Source of the DNA: Candidatus Marinamargulisbacteria bacterium
Lineage (GTDB): Bacteria > Margulisbacteria > Marinamargulisbacteria > SXXA01 > JAHFDB01
Assembly (NCBI GenBank): GCA_964202165.1
Contig: CAXNHA010000003.1
Location: 1 to 33,723, forward strand
Length of the DNA stretch: 33,723 bases
Reading direction: 5' to 3'
The notes under the pieces were generated by a model, which had not been told where the DNA came from, made no database searches, and saw nothing but the letters and a program-made list of their open reading frames with translations. The position numbers and the translations under genes were made by a program. Positions 8,447 to 17,400 of this stretch are shown piece by piece (within the stretch, counting starts at the first letter, position 1; every line of letters begins with the position of its first letter).

Positions 8447-11400
8447 ATGAATACAACACCTACCTTATATCGCTTATTTTGCAAAAAAATAACCCTGTTT
8501 CTGTTTGGATTGGGGCTTGTTTTTTTTCAGGCTACGCTTGCTCATGGGGTAACCATGAATATCCAAGATACCTACTACTCAAAGACGCAAGATAAATATC
8601 TAAATGGCACTTACTCCGGTGTGGTTTTTAAATTAAAAACAGCAACCGCTATCCTCTTTGAAACCACAATCCCCCAAGTTACGTTTACCAATGGATATTT
8701 TGAGATTTCTGTCAGTGTCAATGCCACCTTGTTTAACCGTACGTTGCCCATTGAAGCCGTCCTTACTGTACAGGGAGAGTCTATGTCTTTCCCGTTGCTA
8801 TCCGTCCCATACGCCATTCGATCAACTGTAGCTGAACTAGCCCGCAGTATCCCTATATCTGCTATAAAAGGGTCTTTTGCGACCGTTAACGTTAAGAATG
8901 GCATTTCTGTTCGCAACCTTCAGAATAAAAGTGTCTTTATTGCCAAAAAAAACACCTCTGTTGGCATCTTAAATGGAGCACCTGCTTTTTCATTGGATAT
9001 TAGAGGGACTGTCAATGCAACCAACTTGCTTGTAAACAAGGGGGATATTCGCACCATTTTTTCCTGGAAGGCTGACGCGACCAATCCAAATAACATCTAC
9101 TTTAAAGGCGGGTTTGTTGGCATCAATACCAACAACCCTTTTTTTGGACTTCATGTTGATGGAACAATCAATGCCTCGACTTATCTGATCAATGGACAAA
9201 AACTCAGCAACTCTTTGGATTGGAAAAGGAACCCCACAATTACGCCCAATGTTTACTACCAAGATCTTGAGGCATTTGTGGGTATTGGTACAGCTGTGCC
9301 AAAAGAAAAAGTAGATGTTGTTGGGGGGCTCAAACTAAGTATTCCGAAAGGCATCGCAAATACAGTTGGCACCATTCAATGGACAGGCTCTGTTTTTAAG
9401 GGGTATCTTCTTCTACCTGATAATGCAATTCCCACATGGCGGGTATTTCCGGGGATAAATGGATCGGGAAATACCAACAAAGTAGCCTTATGGAGCGGTC
9501 AAGATCTATTCGCTTTTCCCAACAACCTTTCCTATTCAAGTTTGCTACGCATGGATCCTACTGCCAATGCTATCGGTATCGGTGGGCTTGGCACCTCAAA
9601 GCTTGATATTTTTGGGACTCAACTGGGTCGAAACCTCCTGTCTGTGATTGGCAGTCAAGCTGAACCCTCTCTTGTTGTTTTGCCAGAGGGAAATATAGGC
9701 ATCGGTGTTCAAACACCTGCCTACAAACTTCAGATAGCAGGGGTCTTGGATGCCCAAGATTTTACAGTCAATGGAGAAATTTTACGGCTTACCTATTCTG
9801 TGAATGATATTTGGACACGACGCCCTTCTTCTCGCAGCATCTACTATCTTCTGAATAACATTGGTATTGGTCGTCCCGATCCTAAGAATCTATTGGAGAT
9901 TGCTCAGCCAACGGGAGTGCCTACCCAAAATCCTGCCATCACATTTACCAACACATCCACCTTGGTCTCTTATACACTAGGCGTAGATACCCACTCAAAA
10001 AACACATTTAGAATTGAGAAGGGTATTGCCCTTGGGCAATCAAAGCCTCTTTTTGTGGCACAAGAAGGTCGGTTTGGGGTGGGTACAGATCCCCCAAAAG
10101 CCAACCTCCATGTAAGTGGCAATGAAGGGATTGTTTTTTCTGGTACATTTTTACCCTTGGGCACCACATCCAACTATCTTCCTGTCTCGGGACCTGGCAC
10201 ACGTTTGTTGTGGTATCCTCCCCGATCCGCTCTTAGAATAGGCACCGTCTCTACTGCAAATTGGAACTTTAACAATCAAGGTCTATACACCGTTGGAATG
10301 GGTCTCAATCCCTTGGTAGAAGGAAACCTAAGCGTTGCTATGGGTGGTGCACAAAACCAGGTAACGGGGGTATATGCCTCTAGTGTTGGGGGATTTAACA
10401 ATCAGGCTCAAGGTGATTTTTCTTTGGCATTGGGTCGCAACACACAGGCCCTTCATCATGGCACATGGGTATGGGCAGACAACCAGAACTCTCCTATTGG
10501 CTCTGTGGGAGAAAACCAAGTAATTTTACGTGCATCTGGTGGCGTTGCAATAGGGACATCCAATATCCAACAAACGGGACTGACCTTATCACGATCTGCA
10601 CCAACTGGAAGTATCTTGTCATTGGTTGGAAATGAGACCGTGTCTTTTCAGGTGAGCTCAAACGGACTCATTAGAATAGGCTCATCACCTATATCTTCGC
10701 CATCTACAGGACCCCCTACCAAGTTGTCTGTATTGGGAGATACGGGACTTGGGACACTGGCATCCTATGGCATGCTCGGCATTCAACCTGCATCCACATT
10801 TGACACGGTCATGATGATTATTGGCAATCAAGGTGTTGCAACTCCTGCCATGATGGTGACCAAAGAGTTGGGTGTGTATATCGGCACAACACCTTCTTTT
10901 AGATTTGTTGATCTAGAACATCCAGATTTGCAAACCAATGGATTTATTCGAGTGGCGAGTGGCAGTGTACTCGCAGATTCTTATACATTTCCAGACGGGC
11001 AACAATTATCTGGCGATCCTCCAAATTATGTTTGGCAATACCGCAACACCACTCCCAATATCTATTTTGTATCCGGAAATGTGGGTATTGGCACAACAAC
11101 CCCTAGACATTTGCTCCATTTATCTAATATGGGAAGCTTGGCATTTGAACCTCCCGGGTTATCTCCTCTCATTACCATCAATTTGGACGACCAGGATCTC
11201 TATACATTCGGCATTTCACGTACGATTCCGGATCGGTTGATCATACAACCTAGTACGATGAATGCAGTAAATAGTCCTTTTTCTGTATGGGGTAACCGTG
11301 TGGGTATTGGGACTGTTTTCCCAAAAGTCGCATTACATGTATCTGGCGATGTGTTTGTAGCCTCTCGGATTCGTGTTGGAACACCCGCCAACGCAAGTAG

Positions 11401-14400
11401 CCTATCTGTCAGCGGGTCCATTGCCAGCAACAAATTCTTTATCAAAGGATCCGTTATTGCCCCCGGAGGTACGCCTTGGTCCTCTTTTATATCCCCATCC
11501 AGACTCTATTATGATACGGTGTTAGACCCCGCAAAAAACCTCTATAGTTTTGTGGGTATTGGAACCCAAATACCCCGCTCAGCACTGCATGTCGCAGGCA
11601 CGCTTCGTTTGCTTGGAGATACTGAAAATTTGCCATTTCTGCGCATATCCAAGGAACTCTATGGCAACACGGTATCGCAAAACGAGGTGGCATTAAAAGA
11701 CACCTCAGGATCTATCTATTCTAGCTTATACGTTACTGGCAACAGACTTTTTCTTAAGGGATCTATTGTATGGTCTATATCGGATGTATTTTCAAAAGGG
11801 GCTGGACAGTATGGCAACATTGCCTTGTGGGTGCCCCTTGCCGATCAAACAACTTCCTATACCTTGGGAGACTCCGCATTAATCTGGGATTCTAGACAAG
11901 GAAGCAATCCAGGCAAATTGTTGTTTGAAGGGGATATTCTAAGCGATATTACCAAAACAACCCCTTCTTCTTTTTTGATCACCAATACCACCCGGATTGG
12001 AAATCCGACGTTGCTCAATGTGATAGATGTGCAATCGTCCATCGATCATAATGGTGCGCTGAGTAATTCCAAATCACATTCTGGGAAACGCGTTATGCTC
12101 ACCTATGACAAAGATACCGAGGGAGGACAGTCAGAGGGTGTATCCATTACCCTACGTCAACCCCCCAATGCTTCTTTTACTGCGGGCGCTCAAGCCATTG
12201 GACTGTCTGTAGATTCATCAGGTGTAGCTGTGCAGTCTTTTGGAGATAAAGGTCTCAACACAGCTGCTGTTTTTTTGGGAAAAGTAGGGATTAACACCAT
12301 GACGCCCAGTGCAGACTTAGATGTAAGAGGGTCTATATTGGCCAAGTTTTTTACCATCTCCAGACAACTCACCATGTCCACGCTCAATGTGACCAACAGC
12401 CTTAGCATTATGTCTCAAAACAGAGTCGGCATTGGCACCACAACGCCAAAAACAGATTTGGAAATTGTGAATAGCATGCAAACAAACTCTCTGATCGCAA
12501 GCGGGATCCATACCGAATCCCTCACCGTAGCCCCAGCATTTTTTTCTGTGAATAATTTTCGAGTCGGCATTGGCACCACAACGCCGGTTGCCCAACTTCA
12601 TATTTCAAGATCGTTTTTGGATATTCTTCCTACCGAATTTTCTTTTCAAAATCTTGGGGTTAGCATCAATATTGCAACTGCTCTTCAAAATTGTTTTGGG
12701 CTTGATATTGCTATTCGATCTGCATCGCCAGCAGGTCTATTTCCTCTGCCAAACAATTATCTAGGTAGTTTTGATGGCACCTCAAAAGAAGCAAAGGGGA
12801 TTGCCATCTCCTTAAAAAACATCATTGCCGACCAACCCTTCCGTGAGATCACCGGACTGTCCATCACCCTGCCTAAACAGAGCACCCAAAACGCAGCCAT
12901 TTTTAGGGGAGGCTTTGTTGGCATTGGCGTCTCAGATCCTCAGACAGAATTGGATGTAGCAGGCACCGTATCCGTGGATTACTTCAAAAACAAATTATCC
13001 AGTACACTTAGTAGCGGGGCTTTTGACTTTTTAGAGGTGAGATCCTCTACTCAAAATCTGAGGGTTACAGGGCCCGTTGTGATGGAAAACGCAACAGTAA
13101 AAGATTTGATCCAACAACAATTATCCGTCAAAAAAATCCTTTATTTTAAAGACAAAAGTCTCAGTATCAACTCTGCTCTTTTGTCGGGCAGAGGCAATAT
13201 CGTCTCTACCTTGTCAGCCCAATCGATGCAAGTGAGCACAGATATCGCTGTAAGAGGCCCAGCCCAGCTTCTTTCTCTTTCCTCTGGAAAAGATGCATTT
13301 GCCCCTATTGGGGTTGCTATTATTGGAAAAACACAGGTGGCGTCGGTTTCTGTATCAGAGGCTCTGTTTGCAAATACTGTATCGATCAATGCTCTCTTTG
13401 TGATGAACAAAGACAGAAAATTAGGCATCGGCACCACAGCCCCTCGCTATGGTATTGATATTCAGATACCGCCCAGCCTCACCCCTATAATAGGCACGCC
13501 CATTCTTTTTGAGGCAAACAACAACGAGTCCTGGAATGCCATCCGAATCAGCCAATCCCAAGGGAACGCCGTGGGTCTCTTGGCAGTATCTGACACCGAT
13601 AGTGGTTTTACCTCAGGATCCGGGGTGGTGGCCATAAAAACAGGCAACTCAAGCTCGGCACTGTCTTTTTTGTCTGATCCAGACTCTGGCCCACCGGCAG
13701 AACATATGCGCATTACATCCTCTGGAAATGTGGGCATCGACACCTCATCTCCGCAGTCCAAACTAGATATTAATGGGGATACAATTGTGCGTGAATCTGG
13801 ATCTGTCAGCAACCCTGTATCAGTCAAAACGGTCTCAAGTCCCGCGGGACTATCGTTGCTTTCTTCGCTCATTCTTCCCACTGATTCTAGTGTAACAGGG
13901 TACGGTGCGTCCGAGCAGTCGATCGAGTTGCGTCCTACAACCCCCGATGTTGCGGCAACAGGAATCCTCTCTCTGTTTGTAAGAGAAAAAGACAACAGCC
14001 TCTATTTTCAAACCCTTTCATCAAGCGGTCACTCTGTATCCGAAAATTTGAGCATACCCATTACCTCCTCAGCATGGGGACTGGCCACCTATAGTACAAA
14101 AAATCGCTTGGCAAGTGCCAAATCACTCCAATGGGTACCTTCTACCACCTCTCCCAATATTCTAAAAGTCAATTCTCTTGTGTCATTGATGGGAGGACCC
14201 GGTACTGCATCTGGCAAAAACAATGCCGTATCCAGTGCTCTTTATATGACCATCAATGACCGGACAAAACCCAGTACCGCACGGTTTACTGGCACTACCA
14301 TTGTGCTTGGCAATAGCCAAGCAGGCCCCCTCCCTTATGTGGGTACTAATCAAACAGCAGTGGGCATTGGCGTCGATATGGATAGGCTAAAAGAAGCCGG

Positions 14401-17400
14401 TACCACTAGCCAAGGGCTCTCTACTCTATCCAAAAAAATTGCGGCCGTCTTTTTATCTGGCAGTCAAACCAGTGGCAATGTCGGTATTGCCACCAGTCCC
14501 AATAGCACATCTGTTATGGATCCCATGGCAGCCTTGCATGTGCGATCCGACAGTCCTACCCAATCGTTGTTTTTGCTGCAGGCCCAAGATACAACGGGAA
14601 AAAAAGACCCATTGCTTATCGTACTTCCTACTGGAAATGTTGGCATTGGTACCGCCACTCCCGGCTCTAAATTGTCCATTTTATCTGCTGATACGACCCA
14701 ATCTTCTTTGGCATTTTTGGTACTTAACAATCAAGAAAAACCCCTTTTTGCCCTCACCAATGAGGGTCAACTGGGCATTGGAAGGCTAAAACCCGCTGCG
14801 GGGCTTCAGTTAACGGGAACCCTGAGATCCACGACGTTTCACTCCCATACCTTGAGCCTTCCCTCTTTACGATTGGGGGATTATTTTTCGGTAGATGCAT
14901 CAGGCATTGGCATGGGGATATATCCTCCCAAAGCAGATTGGCATATCATTCGGTCTTTTGTACGCCCTTCCAAGGCTGTTTTTTTGGAAAAAATAGCCCT
15001 GGCAATTCCTGCAAATACGGGGATCAATGCCAACATAGCAGGCCTCCAATATGCTACAAAATCCAAGTTGGCCAACACATTTGGATCTCTTCAAAATACA
15101 CCAATCGACAATCGAGGCATGGGAATATCACTAGAAAAAATGGAGCTGGCTCCAAATGGGATTCTCACCGGACTTTATGTCACCGTTTCTGCTAACAATA
15201 GCCAAAATGAAAACCCAAGATGGACAGCTGCTTACTTAGGTGGGGGGAAAGTAGGTATCGGCACAAGTACGCCGGAGATGACGTTGGATATCAATGGGGA
15301 TTTGCGTGCACGATCTATCTATGCCGACAATTCTCTTTTTAATGTACCCACCGCCAAGCTAATCTCTATGGCTGTACGCAAAAACGCCCCTTTTTTAGGG
15401 GATGCTTATGTCTCTGGCAATGTGTTAACTGTTTCAAAAATATTGTCCATTGAGAATACCACATCGCTCACACTCTTGTTTTCCGACCCTACCCATAAAA
15501 TACTTGAAAGCAACCAGTTGCTTCGGGCTATAGATGCAACAGTGCCGGCCTTATCCGTTGGGGTGGTGGGTCGACCTCAAGATCAATTTCCTCCTGATAC
15601 TTCGAGACGCTTGTATACAAAAGGGGATGTAAAAATAACAAACGGCAAGTTTGATGCAGGCCTAGCTCTGTCTCGGTTAAATCTGCTAAACAGCATAAAT
15701 GCCCCTCTTTACCTCCAAGCTAGTAATATTGTGGTTGACCGCTCTTTGCGAGGAGATATTGTGATGTTAACTCCCTTTGAGATGAACGCTGTAGACCCTC
15801 TTTTTGGAGCCGTGTATACCAGCACCGCAATTGAGACTCCAGATGAATGGATGTATAAGTCATCTGCAACAGAGATAAAAGACAAGGATGGTAAGATTAT
15901 TAATCCTGGAATCAACATCTCTAAAACAATCAAAGTTCCTACATCCAACGAAGGTGCATTGCCCTTCTTTTCTCCTGAATATGCCAACAACATTCATCCT
16001 ATTACAGGTCTGTCGTGGCTTGCATCAACGAGCTCACGCACCGCCTCCATTCTGTCTATCAAAAGCGATGAAAATGCCACAGATCATGTTGCTGGATTAG
16101 ACCTCATTGATTTTATTGGTCTTCAACGCGTGAATACCCATGTCGCCCATACGCTTCACATGGGATTTAACAACCGTATCGCCAAAACCAATTCTACCTT
16201 CAAGGGTCTGTCTATCTTGTTGCAATCAAACAGCAATGTTCCCCTATCAAACAGCGATACTGCGATAGGCCTAACGGTAGATATGTCCAAGCTGCCAAAT
16301 CGTGGGTCTACACAATTGCCTATCGAAGAAGATAAGCCTCTCAACGGTCAACGATACGCTGCATTTTTCTTGTCAGGAAAAGATGTGCCAGGCAATGTCA
16401 TGATTGGACCGGCACGTAAAAATCCTTCTGCAAATCTTCATGTTGTTGCCGGATCTACAGCACCTGCTTTGTGGATAGACAGTCTCACGACGCCCCATAT
16501 TCTTTCTGTGACCGCTACCGGCAGTGTTGGCATTGGTACAACAGCCAATAGCACCCTCACACTAGAAGGCCCCCTCCGTATTGCAACGGATACGAGCCTT
16601 CTGTTTGTTGCAACCACCAATCAGAGAGTTGGCATTGGCACCCCCACACCAGACAGCACCCTTACCCTTGTGAATAACACATCTACCCTCTTGTCTTTAT
16701 CTGCTCAGGCAATGCCTGCCCGTTTTGTGGTGGATGCAGCGGGTAGCATGGGGATAGGGGTGTCGGCTCCCCTCGCCCGAGCTCATCTCAGTGCACCGCC
16801 ATCTTCTCTTCAATCTAATCTCACGGCCACAGTCAGGTACAATAATGTGGATTCTACGCCTATCAGTAAGTTAGGCTTTACTCAGCAAAATGGTTATCTA
16901 GTCGATCAGCAGGGCAATCAACAAGTTATTACGCGGAACAACGGGCAAGGTAATCTCGAACAACTTTATATCGGTATCGTGAAGGTGAATGATACATACT
17001 ATTATTACGGCTCCAAATATGCTGTAAACACCTCTACACCTGAGGAAGAATCCGTACCACTCAACGTACCTCTTTTGCTCGCAATAGGCACAAAAAACAG
17101 CACTATCGAGGTGCCCTTTAGGATATCGGCATCCGGTAATATTGGGATTACCACACCCGTTGCTAGAAGCACATCCTATGCCCCCCCATCTTTGGGTTAT
17201 TCACTCTCTGTCAGCAAGAATGTATTGTCTGGATCTTCTTCTTCGCTGAAGTCAATACGTGCCTTGAATACCTATCAAGGATTTGTTGCAGCACAAAATC
17301 AAGACTTTTTATGGACAGGTCTCAATACTACAAAACCCACTATCTTGTTTGGAAAAACAAGCGCAGATCCCTCTTCTTTTGCAATTGTACAAGGTAAAAA

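Noticed and set aside
13141-13995. 98- and 177-aa minus-strand ORFs in the fibre gene
   Set aside because: Antisense mirrors of Ser/Thr/Gly-rich coding sequence with no recognisable domain.
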